This document shows, piece by piece, positions 1-9,837 of a stretch of 64,000 nucleotides of DNA. The stretch is from positions 1 through 64,000 of the IMG/VR virus record IMGVR_UViG_3300014205_000010. One strand, given 5' to 3'. Position 1 is the first letter of the stretch. Every line of letters starts with the position of its first letter. A program made the translations under genes and the position numbers. A model generated the notes under the pieces. The model made no database searches and was not told the origin of the DNA. It saw nothing but the letters and a program-made list of their open reading frames with translations. The DNA comes from a virus (Duplodnaviria; Caudoviricetes).

Positions 1-1256
1 GTATCAAGATCTAAATCTGCTGCTAACTCGATTGCTGCGTCTGTATCAAGTTCTTCAACATTGGTAGTAGATAATACAGCATCTGTGTTAATATCTTCAG
101 ACTTGATTGCTAATAACGCTGCATCTGTAGTAAGGTCTTCATTTGCTATTAACGAAATAGCTGCAGTAGTAGTTATATCTAATTCTACTGTTGTTTCAGG
201 AGGAGCTCCGGCAATAAGTACTAAAGCATAAACTGCTGTACATCTTATAGGATGTGATGCTGCTCCTTTATAGACTCCAACTTCAATAGCATCAAATCCA
301 GATTCAGTCCAGGAAGCAGATGTGTTTGGGTCAGTAGCGAGAATTTTCTGTATTGCTACATATGTTGTATCGCCTATATCTGTAGCTGTACTATCGCTAT
401 CAGTTGAACCAGATCGTAAACGAACACCTCCAAGTGTAATACCTGCGCTTGCTTCAGCCATAATTGCTATTACTTTAACGGCTTCTATATCAGATATTCC
501 AAGAGTTCCAGAATCTTGTGCAGCTAAAGTATGTGCTACATCTGTTCCAGCTGTATTTTGGAGATAGGTAGTGCTTCCATCATGAGGAATTTCGTCTACT
601 TCTGCGAATGTACTTCCTGTACCATCTGCCCACGATGAATAATTACCAGATCCAGTCGGTAATGCAATACTAATTTCTGGTAATGATGGGGCTGAGTCAC
701 TTATATCGCTTATTACCCACTCTCCACATGCCATATTCATAGTTGATGAAGCAACGGCTCCAAGATATACTCGTTGACATGCTACTGCTCCAGTAGAGAC
801 CGTTGTTTCTGATCCATCATCAATTGATAATCCGCAGTCTGAATTTGCTCCTCCACGAAGTTTAAATTTATACCATACACCAGTCGTAATAGTTGCTATA
901 ACTCCGCTTGTTGCAGATCCTACAAGTGTTACTTGTCCAGAGCTATTAATCCATGCTGCGGCCAACCTAGTACTGGAAGCGTTGACGAGCGATATTGCTG
1001 GAGTATCAGCGGCCGGGAGAGAATCAAACCACAGGTATATTGTTATATAATGTTGTGATGCAAAATTAACGAATTGCTGGGTTCTACCAATAGCTGCTAT
1101 ACTTCCAAGAGCTATTACTTGCGTGCTAGCAGATGGATTAATTCTTGCCGCAGGTTTACCATCTCTACCAGCAGTTGCATCAATGGATGGACTACCAACA
1201 ATGGTTAATGCCTCTATAAAATCTTCAGTAGTCCAGTTTCCAAAGTTTAGCAGCAT
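1..1256 (-). CDS. Large Ser/Thr/Ala-rich virion-like protein, runs off the left edge (partial, >418 aa)
   Basis: Not in the ORF track because its stop lies outside the window. Hand translation from ATG at 1256 (MLLNFGNWTTEDFIEALTIVGSPSIDATAGRDG...) stays open to base 1. Beta-rich, lectin/LamG-like N-terminal part, then ~14-aa acidic repeats (EDLTTDAALL, EDINTDAVLS, EELDTDAAIE). Confidence 0.75.
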   Translation of the reverse strand, partial: MLLNFGNWTTEDFIEALTIVGSPSIDATAGRDGKPAARINPSASTQVIALGSIAAIGRTQQFVNFASQHYITIYLWFDSLPAADTPAISLVNASSTRLAAAWINSSGQVTLVGSATSGVIATITTGVWYKFKLRGGANSDCGLSIDDGSETTVSTGAVACQRVYLGAVASSTMNMACGEWVISDISDSAPSLPEISIALPTGSGNYSSWADGTGSTFAEVDEIPHDGSTTYLQNTAGTDVAHTLAAQDSGTLGISDIEAVKVIAIMAEASAGITLGGVRLRSGSTDSDSTATDIGDTTYVAIQKILATDPNTSASWTESGFDAIEVGVYKGAASHPIRCTAVYALVLIAGAPPETTVELDITTTAAISLIANEDLTTDAALLAIKSEDINTDAVLSTTNVEELDTDAAIELAADLDLD

Positions 1257-1260
1257 AAGG

Positions 1261-1701
1261 CTATCTCTCTGATATCTGGTGTTGAATCATGTTTTTGTCG
1301 ATGGCCCAACTCGGACAGTCAATAATTACTTCTTTGTCTTTTAGCATATATATGGCCCAAAGCTGAGATTCTATATGAACATCACTGCCTTCTCTTGCTT
1401 TTCCAAAAACAGTGATGCTCAGTTTTACTTTTTGAGCTAAATGAGAAAAATCTATATTTCTTTTTCTGTAAAAAATAGGGACCCAGCCATTTAGGTCAAC
1501 TCTAGTGACTGGAGTCCGCAGGTCTTTAACTTCTAATGTAGACGAATGCCTACAAATTATTAGATGAGTTGCATTAGCTCTAGAGTTTAAAACACTAGAA
1601 TTATTTAGTAACTCATCAGTAATTTTTCCATCTAGATATCTTAATTGCCAATAAAAAGGATCAGCCAAGGAGTTGTTCCGCCAGTTTTGCTTTGATATCA
1701 T
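1261..1701 (-). CDS. Hypothetical protein (146 aa)
   Basis: ORF in tight operon arrangement with neighbours; no motif recognised. Confidence 0.6.
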   Translation of the reverse strand: MISKQNWRNNSLADPFYWQLRYLDGKITDELLNNSSVLNSRANATHLIICRHSSTLEVKDLRTPVTRVDLNGWVPIFYRKRNIDFSHLAQKVKLSITVFGKAREGSDVHIESQLWAIYMLKDKEVIIDCPSWAIDKNMIQHQISER

Positions 1702-1852
1702 CCATATCTACTGGCGGAAGCCCGTTATTTCCTCTAAGGTTTTCATAATTAGCTGGAGACCCACTAGGAACTCCATTTTTATCTACAATTGCTCGGCCAA
1801 GAGGCTCAAGACCTTCAAATGGTTCTTTATCTTCAAAAATATCGTCTTGCAT
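1661..1852 (-). CDS. Small hypothetical protein (probable start MQDDIFED at 1852)
   Basis: ATG at 1852 follows the TAA of the upstream gene after 1 nt, with GAAGG upstream. Confidence 0.55.
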   Translation of the reverse strand: MQDDIFEDKEPFEGLEPLGRAIVDKNGVPSGSPANYENLRGNNGLPPVDMDDIKAKLAEQLLG

Positions 1853-1853
1853 T

Positions 1854-2381
1854 TTAACCTTCCGTCCACTGCCATCTAACTGTCGGCGTGTCAACTGCTC
1901 CACCACCGGTCGTATTAGTTGCATCTACTCCGAGAGCAATCTCTACGATGTTACCTTTTCTGCCGGTAGTAGTATGAGGACCTGCTGAATAAGGAGATGC
2001 AGAACCTATGAGAGGCATAGCAACACCAGTCTGTCCATTTAACGTAGGAGCAGTTGTGTTATTGTCTCCAGTTGCTGTTGGTACAGCGGTAGCTTGCGTG
2101 TATTCTCCTTCAGCATGTCCAGTATAATGCCAAAGTTTTGTTCCTGTGGTTGCTTCGTTCGCGACCTTACCGACTGCAATATCAGTCATTGTAAGAGAAT
2201 CAGTAGTATCAATATCTATTGAAAAAGTCTTGATAAAACTGAAGTTTGTACCGGTCGCAGTTGGAGTAGGGATTGCAGTAGTACCAGATATGCTATCAAC
2301 CCTATTCCATTTTGCGGCTGTAACATCTGCCCAGTCAGGGGTTGCTCCAGTTGCATTGCCTAAAACTACGGTCATTGCCAT
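1854..2381 (-). CDS. Thr/Gly-rich putative virion structural protein (175 aa)
   Basis: GAGG RBS; beta-sandwich-like Thr/Ala/Gly composition ending in WQWTEG, typical of phage structural/decoration proteins (inference). Confidence 0.6.
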   Translation of the reverse strand: MAMTVVLGNATGATPDWADVTAAKWNRVDSISGTTAIPTPTATGTNFSFIKTFSIDIDTTDSLTMTDIAVGKVANEATTGTKLWHYTGHAEGEYTQATAVPTATGDNNTTAPTLNGQTGVAMPLIGSASPYSAGPHTTTGRKGNIVEIALGVDATNTTGGGAVDTPTVRWQWTEG

Positions 2382-2496
2382 GTTTAGACCTCTTTCGCGT
2401 CATATTTGACATCATGATCTTACTACTCTTCATATATAATAAAACTCTTTCGCGTTAGCGTAAACACTTCTTTGAAATTGAACTAGAATAATAAAC

Positions 2497-3069
2497 ATGG
2501 TTGACACTAAAATACCAGATAAGATAATGTCTAAAAACGGTAGGGTCTTAGGCAAAGGTGTCTTAGATCCTAAACTAGTAGTTAAACTGCATTATGTTCA
2601 AGGTTTAACTAGAAGTGAAATAGCAAAAAAGTTTGGAGTTACTCCACAAGCCGTAGGAGCATTACTGAATAGAATCAGTAGTGAATCTATACCAGGTTTA
2701 TATGAAAGTGCTCAAGCCCTAGTAGAAGCTAGAGTATCTATTCCAAAAATTATGGAGGGTTTATTATCTGACGCGGCTGCTATTCTTCAAGAAGTGAAAC
2801 TTAACGTAGCATCTGAAGAAGGTGAATGGGATAGAATGTCTATCGAAAAAAGAAAGCTTCAGCTCGCTACTATGTCAGAAATTAGAAGCCAAATAAGAGA
2901 ATTTCGTGATATACAAAGAGAGATGTTTGGCTTAGAAAAGGCTGAAGAATTCCAGCAAATAGTTATGGAAGTAATTCGCGAAGAGGATCCAGAGATTGAA
3001 AAGAAAATTGTCGCAAAGCTCAGACGCGCCCAACCTATTCGACAGATTCTTGGAGAGACTGGGGGGTAA
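2497..3069 (+). CDS. terS: Terminase small subunit (N-terminal HTH)
   Basis: HTH 'GLTRSEIAKKFGVTPQAV' plus helical C-terminus; directly upstream of and overlapping TerL. Confidence 0.7.
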   Translation: MVDTKIPDKIMSKNGRVLGKGVLDPKLVVKLHYVQGLTRSEIAKKFGVTPQAVGALLNRISSESIPGLYESAQALVEARVSIPKIMEGLLSDAAAILQEVKLNVASEEGEWDRMSIEKRKLQLATMSEIRSQIREFRDIQREMFGLEKAEEFQQIVMEVIREEDPEIEKKIVAKLRRAQPIRQILGETGG

Positions 3070-4813
3070 TGAAAAACCAGTATCATCCGCGAAAGAATTT
3101 GTAGATGATTATCTCAAACCAACATCACCATCCTTCTTGGACCCTTCAAAGGCTGTTCATTATGCAATGCCTGACTTTCATAAGGATATGCTTGATACGG
3201 TTGAGAGTGGAGCTTGGATGCTCGTTCTTGTTCCAAGAGAGTTCTCAAAGTCTACAATCGTAACTATTGGGTCTTCTGTTCATCGTATAGTCAAGAATAG
3301 AAATGTTTGTGGCGGAATTATTTCTAATACATATGATCAGGCGGCTAGCTTCTTAAAAGGTGTTAAGAGTCATCTAGAATCTAATAAAAAACTTATAGAC
3401 GAATATGGTGATTTTGAAAGTCAGGTTGGCTGGAGAGATGACATGTTTACTGTCATCAGAAGTAACCAGGCTGAAATCAACCCAACCATGTTTGCAGCTG
3501 GTGCTGGTAAAGCTATTCTCGGTAAGCATACTGATTTTTTGGTTCTTGACGATGTTGAAGACAAGAAAACTGTTTTAACGATTGAAAGTCGAAGAAAAAC
3601 TCAACTCTGGTATACTCAAACTGTTCTACCGATTCTTAGAGCTGGTGGGCAGATGATTATTATCGGCACCAGAAAACACTTTGACGATATCTATATTAAT
3701 ATCCTTAGTGGAAAATTGCCTGGTCCTTCCGCTGAAAATTTGAAAGTTATTGATGCAAGTCTTGATTCAGATTTAGAACCAACTGAAGCTGAACTTATTG
3801 AAGCTGAAAAAGATAAGAGAACTGTTCTTCCATCTTCAGCTGAAATACGACATGGCTGGGTTAGTTTTCCGAGTTTTGCTAAGGCGATTAGAGATGATGG
3901 AACTTCTTTGTGGCAGGAGAAGTGGCCTCTTAAAGCTCTTGAAGAGAGAAAACGTCAGATGGGTCCTATTGCTTGGGCTCAGGAAATGGAAAACAACCCT
4001 GTACCAGAAGAAAACTCATACTTTACATATGCTGCATTTGAAGAATGTTTTGATTTTGATGAAAAGTTTCAGTTTACGTATAGTGGTAATAATCCAATTT
4101 TTATCGGTGTAGATTCGCAGGTTAATCCAGACCCTAAAAAATCATCTGACTTTGGCTCTATATTTGTTATTGAATTTATTCCAGAAACAGAAGATCGTAG
4201 AATTTTATGGATTGAAAGAGGCAGATGGGGTTTTAGAGTTGTAGACAAGATAAAGCAACTTGAACCAAGATACAGGCCTCAAAAAGTTAAGGTTGAAAAC
4301 AACCAGGCTCAAGACTATATTATTCAAGAACTTGATAAAACATCTTCTATACCAGTTGAAGGGTTTACTACTGGCGGACAAAAGCCAGACATCTTCATTG
4401 GTATTCCTTATCTCGCCGCTACAGTTACTTCTGGTAAATGGATTATACCAAGAGGAGACTACGAGTGTGTTGCTCAGACTGATCAATGGATAGCTGAAGC
4501 TCTTGAGTATGGCCAAGGTCATAGTGGTGATACGCTAATGGCTAGCTGGTTTGCTAATGACTGTGCCAGAGAGGTTAGTGCTCTTGGTATAGTAGATCTT
4601 CCAAAGCCAGATAGAATTACCATTAAATCTGAAGATTTTTCTCCAGATCACGATATGCCTGGTGACGAAGCCCAAAGAGGTTTCTACGCTCCAGAAATGT
4701 CTAAAAGTATACACGAATTGTCTTCAAACAGAAATATATATAGCCCTCTTAAGGGTCCGAGATGGAGGTCTCCACGTGGTTTTAATCCAGCAAAGAGAGA
4801 ATTCAGAGGTTGA
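2996..4813 (+). CDS. terL: Terminase large subunit
   Basis: Walker A variant VPREFSKST, Walker B FLVLDD, coupling motif IIIGTR, AQEMENNP, nuclease IFIGVD...D...D motifs. Confidence 0.92.
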   Translation: MKRKLSQSSDAPNLFDRFLERLGGNEKPVSSAKEFVDDYLKPTSPSFLDPSKAVHYAMPDFHKDMLDTVESGAWMLVLVPREFSKSTIVTIGSSVHRIVKNRNVCGGIISNTYDQAASFLKGVKSHLESNKKLIDEYGDFESQVGWRDDMFTVIRSNQAEINPTMFAAGAGKAILGKHTDFLVLDDVEDKKTVLTIESRRKTQLWYTQTVLPILRAGGQMIIIGTRKHFDDIYINILSGKLPGPSAENLKVIDASLDSDLEPTEAELIEAEKDKRTVLPSSAEIRHGWVSFPSFAKAIRDDGTSLWQEKWPLKALEERKRQMGPIAWAQEMENNPVPEENSYFTYAAFEECFDFDEKFQFTYSGNNPIFIGVDSQVNPDPKKSSDFGSIFVIEFIPETEDRRILWIERGRWGFRVVDKIKQLEPRYRPQKVKVENNQAQDYIIQELDKTSSIPVEGFTTGGQKPDIFIGIPYLAATVTSGKWIIPRGDYECVAQTDQWIAEALEYGQGHSGDTLMASWFANDCAREVSALGIVDLPKPDRITIKSEDFSPDHDMPGDEAQRGFYAPEMSKSIHELSSNRNIYSPLKGPRWRSPRGFNPAKREFRG

Positions 4814-6329
4814 TTTTTCCTTAGCTCCTTTACCTGTACAAGGTAAGATATTTCAAGGAGAAATTGGAAAAATGATAGAGCAGTTTGGCCTTTCAAGGGT
4901 CGGACTGAGTAATCTTTTGTTACCAGAAGATAAAGTTAAACTTCCAACTACTGGAGAATTAACTTATCGTGGAATGAGCTATAAATCTCCTTTTGTTAAT
5001 CCTGGAGAGTGGAAGCCTGGAGACTGGATAGACCCAAAAATCATAGACCAGATGAAGAAGAACGGTGTTATTAAAACAGCATTGTTCTTAAAGAAAGCTC
5101 CAATTCTAGCAGTCATTCAAAAATCTAAAATAAAGCATCCAAATCCAAAAGTTGAAGGGTATCTAAATTATGTCTTAGGGCCGATACTCTACAATCTGTG
5201 TTATACTTCTCTCTTTGCATTAGACTACGGTGTATCTCTTCACGAAAAGGTTTTTGAAGCTGGAAATTTATCTTTCAAATACGATCATGACGGAACTATG
5301 CGTACCTTCAAAGGGCCTTCCATACATTACAAGAAAATTAAATGGAATAACCCTAGAACTATTAAAGAGATAAAAATACAGGAAAAATCTCAAGATTTTA
5401 ATGGTTATACTCAAACAGCTGGAATGAGAGATATAGAAATCAGTATTGATAAATCTTTCATGTGGGGTAAAGGCCAAGAAAATACCTTATGGGGTAGCTC
5501 AGATTTAGACGCGGTTTATGAATACTGGTATTGGCTTGAGTTATTGTCTGGCTATTACATGAGATATATGGAAAAGCTCGCCACACCACCGCTCCTTGGA
5601 TACGCTCCTCCTGGAAATACTTACTCAAGAGATACGAATAGTAGCGTAGAGAACATGAGCTGGTTGGCTGAAGTAGCTTCTAGGTTACAAGATGGTATGG
5701 CTATTGTTATGCCATCTCAGTTTGATGCAAATGCTAGACACAGACTCTGGGAACTAAGAGAACTCGCCATGAGTACCAGAGGAGATTTATATCAAACTGC
5801 TATAGGGTGGCTTGAAAACGCTATCTTCAAAGGAATGTTTGTTCCTGATAAGCCTGTTTCTCAGGGAACACAGTCATTTGGTTCTTATGCTCTTGCTGAT
5901 ATACAGTTTGAAGCATTTCTTGTTGGAGAAGAGTGGGATCTACATTCAATGGTCAGGAATGTAGAGAGATATGTTATTAGACCTCTGATAGATCTTAATT
6001 TTGGTCCACAATTTGAAGACGCTGTTCTTTTTTATCCACCGATGTCTAGGGAACTAAAACAGAGAGTTTATGAGGTTTTCAAGGACCTTATAGATGGGCA
6101 TCCAGATTATAATGCAATCAATTTTATAGACATTGCAAATGAGCTTGGAATACCTGTTTACACTGATGAACAGATAAAGGAAAAGAAGAAAGAAGCCTTT
6201 GAGGATGCCACAGCCATGCTTAAAGCTCAAGCTGATGCTAATCCTCAGCCAGAAGAAAGTAATTCTGGTAATGGATCTAGTTCTTCAGTTAAGAAGACTC
6301 CAGCGAAAAAAATTCCTCCTAAAAAGTAG
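4662..6329 (+). CDS. Portal protein (Mu gp29/DUF935-like); true start probably ATG ~4872
   Basis: Follows TerL; 'GSSDLDAVYEYWYW...YMEKLATP', 'GSYALADIQ' and 'IRPLIDLNFG' resemble the DUF935 portal family. Confidence 0.85.
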   Translation: MTKPKEVSTLQKCLKVYTNCLQTEIYIALLRVRDGGLHVVLIQQRENSEVDFSLAPLPVQGKIFQGEIGKMIEQFGLSRVGLSNLLLPEDKVKLPTTGELTYRGMSYKSPFVNPGEWKPGDWIDPKIIDQMKKNGVIKTALFLKKAPILAVIQKSKIKHPNPKVEGYLNYVLGPILYNLCYTSLFALDYGVSLHEKVFEAGNLSFKYDHDGTMRTFKGPSIHYKKIKWNNPRTIKEIKIQEKSQDFNGYTQTAGMRDIEISIDKSFMWGKGQENTLWGSSDLDAVYEYWYWLELLSGYYMRYMEKLATPPLLGYAPPGNTYSRDTNSSVENMSWLAEVASRLQDGMAIVMPSQFDANARHRLWELRELAMSTRGDLYQTAIGWLENAIFKGMFVPDKPVSQGTQSFGSYALADIQFEAFLVGEEWDLHSMVRNVERYVIRPLIDLNFGPQFEDAVLFYPPMSRELKQRVYEVFKDLIDGHPDYNAINFIDIANELGIPVYTDEQIKEKKKEAFEDATAMLKAQADANPQPEESNSGNGSSSSVKKTPAKKIPPKK

Positions 6330-6358
6330 TTTACTTCAGGCATTTTAAGGTCTAAAAT
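6330..6358 (+). promoter_or_regulatory. Sigma70-type promoter TTTACT-N17-TAAAAT heading the MTase/GT island
   Basis: TTTACT 6330-6335, 17-nt spacer, TAAAAT 6353-6358; same pattern as other intergenic promoters in the window. Confidence 0.55.
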
Positions 6359-6374
6359 ATCATAGAGGTGAAGC

Positions 6375-7001
6375 GTGGATATTCCGATGAAAATGTCTGC
6401 TAATGAATTTATTCTTGATGTCTGTGATTTTGTTAATTGTAATATAAATTACCTGTCAAATGCTCCGTTTAAGGATCGTTGGGGTGGAGGTACCGTAGAA
6501 CCAGCTGTTGGTCAGCTGCTCTATCTTCTTGCTCGACATAAGGCTCCTAAACTGGCTATTGAATATGGTACTAATCTAGGATATTCAACGTACATGATAG
6601 CAAAGGCTCTATTTGATAACGGGTTTGGAGAGCTTGTTACTATGGAAATTAATTCAGAATATATCAAAGAGGCTAAGAAAAACGTATATGATGCGCATAT
6701 AGCTGCATATAATAATCATGTTAGTTTCTTAAAAGCTGATAGTACAAGCGTATATGCCAAGAAGTTTATTGAAGATAATCGCGAAGTTATTGACCTAGTC
6801 TTTGTTGATAGCTCTCACGAATATGATCAGACATTAGAAGAATTTCGACATATCAGAAAGACTTGTAAACCAGGAACCATTCTCTGCTTTCATGATATAT
6901 ATTCTGATGGTGTTTCAAGAGTACTTCGAGAAGAACCTTTTGATAAATATCTGGCTGTTCCAACTCAACCAAATACTGGATTTGGTATAGTAATTTTGTA
7001 A
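6375..7001 (+). CDS. Class I SAM-dependent O-methyltransferase (Methyltransf_24-like)
   Basis: EYGTNLGYS motif I, DLVFVDSSHEY, CFHD. Confidence 0.85.
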   Translation: MDIPMKMSANEFILDVCDFVNCNINYLSNAPFKDRWGGGTVEPAVGQLLYLLARHKAPKLAIEYGTNLGYSTYMIAKALFDNGFGELVTMEINSEYIKEAKKNVYDAHIAAYNNHVSFLKADSTSVYAKKFIEDNREVIDLVFVDSSHEYDQTLEEFRHIRKTCKPGTILCFHDIYSDGVSRVLREEPFDKYLAVPTQPNTGFGIVIL

Positions 7002-7044
7002 TGTTCATTTAGTAACAAACGTGTTATAGTAAAGAAGAAGAAAA

Positions 7045-7668
7045 ATGCCGATTATAAATACATCAAAGTTTAGACACCAACTAGAAGAGACGCTAGATCC
7101 TACCTGGAATATTCTCTACTTAGGAGATGGTCAGCCAGTTGATCTTGCTTCAGTTGTTATTTCTTCAAAGCCATTTGATGAGCGGTTGTTAAATAAAAAT
7201 AGCTGCTGGGGTAAACACTGTTGGGAACAAGCTGATTTTTCTGGCCATTTAGATTTTATTCTTAATGATTCGTATGATTTTATCTGGGTAGATGGGCTAT
7301 TGAGCTGGGTAGCTAATCCATTCAATTTGATCCGGCAGATAGAACATTCTGCTCCGGCTGGTTATATCTCATTTAACTCTAGAAAGACTGAGCATGTACT
7401 TGGAATAGATTATCCTAATCAGTGTGGTTATATGAGAAGTGGCTGGCTTATTGAAAAATTATATGATGATGTAAAACAGCTTGAGCTTGTTTTCACTAGA
7501 AAAACATTTGCCGTAAGAGCTTTCGGCTCTATACAAGGAATTCCAGAAGAAAGAAAACAAATATTATGGGCTGAAAATATACCATGTAGAGAAAATGTTT
7601 TAGCGTCACCTGATTTAATTCAAGATGCTATAGATTTTAAGAACATTAGGAGCAAAGTAATAACATGA
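7045..7668 (+). CDS. Degenerate SAM-methyltransferase-fold protein
   Basis: ILYLGDG (eroded motif I) and YDFIWVDGLLSWVANP (cf. FDFxxxxHVLEHxxNP). Confidence 0.55.
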   Translation: MPIINTSKFRHQLEETLDPTWNILYLGDGQPVDLASVVISSKPFDERLLNKNSCWGKHCWEQADFSGHLDFILNDSYDFIWVDGLLSWVANPFNLIRQIEHSAPAGYISFNSRKTEHVLGIDYPNQCGYMRSGWLIEKLYDDVKQLELVFTRKTFAVRAFGSIQGIPEERKQILWAENIPCRENVLASPDLIQDAIDFKNIRSKVIT

Positions 7669-8471
7669 ATTTAATTTCTAGCCCATATGGCGATGGTATG
7701 GATCCAGAAGAGTATGAGCTTTGTATTCAAGATGCTATGGAATTCTTCAACATTTCTCGTGAAGAAGCTGCCTCTAAAATGCGAGGATCACAGCTTTTTA
7801 AAGAGCATCTTGATAAAGGTGAGTCGCTAGATTTTATCTATGATAATACAGATGCTGTTATTTGGGATCTTCTTACTGTAAAAGCTACTGTATCTTCAGG
7901 TATTAAAGAGCGATATCGTGAAAAAGTCGTAAAAAATATTCTTAACAAATATGGAACCCATAATCTTTCTTTTGTCATGGATTATGGTTGTGGAATTGGA
8001 CGTGAAGCATTAGTTGCAGTTAATGAAGGATACTATGTTGATGGCGTAGATCGAGGACAAACAATTAAATTTGCTGATTTTTATATTAATAAACAAGCAG
8101 CATTTCCAAATAATTGGAAAGCTATAAAGAGCAGTGATTTTATTCCAATATCATATGACATCATTATGTGCTTTGAATATTTTGAGCATGAAAATGATCC
8201 TGAAGAACTAGTTACAAAATTCAGAAATATACTTACAGATGATGGATTGTTAATTTGTAATTCTAGGTCCTTTAATGCTCATGACACTGGACATCTTGAA
8301 CATAATTTCAAATATCAGTATGAATTTGAAAAAATTATTGCCGCGGCTGGATTTGAGTGTATTTATTTTCCTTACAACCCGCCAAATCTTTATAACATAG
8401 CGGTATGGAAAAAAGTTGATAAAGCTAATAGTTATTATAATGGATTCACTACTGAAAAAGGAGAGTGGTAA
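7665..8471 (+). CDS. Class I SAM-dependent methyltransferase
   Basis: MDYGCGIG, YDIIMCFEYFEHENDP, LTDDGLLI. Confidence 0.85.
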   Translation: MNLISSPYGDGMDPEEYELCIQDAMEFFNISREEAASKMRGSQLFKEHLDKGESLDFIYDNTDAVIWDLLTVKATVSSGIKERYREKVVKNILNKYGTHNLSFVMDYGCGIGREALVAVNEGYYVDGVDRGQTIKFADFYINKQAAFPNNWKAIKSSDFIPISYDIIMCFEYFEHENDPEELVTKFRNILTDDGLLICNSRSFNAHDTGHLEHNFKYQYEFEKIIAAAGFECIYFPYNPPNLYNIAVWKKVDKANSYYNGFTTEKGEW

Positions 8472-8785
8472 TGGCAGGAGAAGACATAGAAACTAGAAGA
8501 GAAGCTATTCTATTAGAATTGGCAGAGAGAATTCTCAAGACTATTCCAAGTATTCCAGAAGATTTTCATGAATTAAAACCAGAGGAACAAGATCGTATTT
8601 TCGTTGTTATTGATGAAAGAGCCACAAAGGTCTCAGAACTGCTTAATATGAAACAAGCTACTCCAAGAGGCCCAGTTCGTAATCCTAGAGGTCCTCGTCG
8701 CTCTGAAAGATTCAATACTCCAGCGCTCGATACGGAGATAACTCCAAGAAAGCCTAGACGTATCGTTACTGATGGAGTGGATTAA
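8465..8785 (+). CDS. Hypothetical protein with basic C-terminal tail
   Basis: ORF with AGGAG RBS, overlapping neighbours. Confidence 0.6.
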   Translation: MVMAGEDIETRREAILLELAERILKTIPSIPEDFHELKPEEQDRIFVVIDERATKVSELLNMKQATPRGPVRNPRGPRRSERFNTPALDTEITPRKPRRIVTDGVD

Positions 8786-9620
8786 GATTCTTACTGATTC
8801 AACCTCAAGCCCGAAGGGTAAGGGAAGATACTTTTCTATGCCCGACCTTACATCAAGATTATTTGATGGCATGAGTTTGGCCGCCTTATCACAATCTCTC
8901 TTGGATGATATGATCTCTTTTGAAGCAAGAGAGCTTAATATGCCAAAAAGAGACCGAGAAGAAGCTAGAAACCTGACAGATTTTCATAATCATCCTGATG
9001 TGGTTGCAGAATGGGAAGCTGATAAAAATCAGGAAGATGAATATGAAGGATCTGAATGGTTCTATGGAGCGCTGGCTTCTTTTGTTTTCACCGTTAAGAG
9101 TCTATATGGTACATATCGTTTTCTTAAAGCTGACTACCCTGACTTCAAACCGCGTATTATTGTAGACTGGGGAGCAGGCTTAGGGATGCATTCTCTCATA
9201 GCATCATGGCTTTGGCCTGAAGCTAAGATAGTTTATTTCAATGTGCCTGGCATGCAGTCTAATTTTGCTAAACAGATAAAGAAAGCATATGAAGCTGACA
9301 ATATGTATATCAAGACTAAGAGAGAAAATCTTCCGCCAAAGGCAGATCTGATTCTCTCTTATGAATTTCTTGAGCACATGAAAAATCCAGTAGAAGCTGC
9401 CAGAGACATGATGCGTCTAAACCCTGAATTTATGTCTGTTAGCTTCTCTTTTACTGCAGCCTGTCATGGTCATTATACATATTTTGAAACAGATGATGGA
9501 GAAGTTCATCGTTCTGAAGTAACGAGATATGTCAATGACGAATTTCGAATTCATGAATATCAAGCAGTAGGCCATGGCTGGAATGCAAGGCCAGTTATGT
9601 GGAGAAGACATGAAAGTTAA
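8772..9620 (+). CDS. Class I SAM-dependent methyltransferase
   Basis: VDWGAGLG, ADLILSYEFLEHMKNP. Confidence 0.8.
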   Translation: MEWIKILTDSTSSPKGKGRYFSMPDLTSRLFDGMSLAALSQSLLDDMISFEARELNMPKRDREEARNLTDFHNHPDVVAEWEADKNQEDEYEGSEWFYGALASFVFTVKSLYGTYRFLKADYPDFKPRIIVDWGAGLGMHSLIASWLWPEAKIVYFNVPGMQSNFAKQIKKAYEADNMYIKTKRENLPPKADLILSYEFLEHMKNPVEAARDMMRLNPEFMSVSFSFTAACHGHYTYFETDDGEVHRSEVTRYVNDEFRIHEYQAVGHGWNARPVMWRRHES

Positions 9621-9837
9621 AGTCTGGTTTTTTATATGCAAATGTGGATATAGGCATATCAGCTCGACAGGTGGTATTCATTATGGAGCTGCTGTAAATT
9701 ACTTTAGAGCAGTACATGATGAAAAGCCTGATCATAGGTGGAAAAGTCAGCAGATAGATGTTTTGGTTCCAATGGATCTGTACTCATGGAATCTAACAGC
9801 CGTTAGAGAGGATATTGATGAACTTATCTCTGGCTGA
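9610..9837 (+). CDS. Small hypothetical protein (MKVKVWFFICKCG..., possible metal-binding C/H residues)
   Basis: GGAG RBS before ATG near 9610; fills the gap between two MTases. Confidence 0.5.
   Translation: MKVKVWFFICKCGYRHISSTGGIHYGAAVNYFRAVHDEKPDHRWKSQQIDVLVPMDLYSWNLTAVREDIDELISG

Noticed and set aside
3055-3075. GGG GGG TAA at the terS end as a +1 shifty stop fusing TerS to TerL
   Set aside because: TerL has a plausible TTG start at 2996 with GAGG upstream; nothing requires a frameshift.
3700-3860. ~50-aa acidic insertion in TerL as a mini-intein
   Set aside because: No N-terminal Cys/Ser block or His-Asn C-terminal splice motif.
4662-4871. Long TerL/portal overlap
   Set aside because: Probably an over-extended start call; ATG near 4872 with AAGGAG upstream is more plausible.
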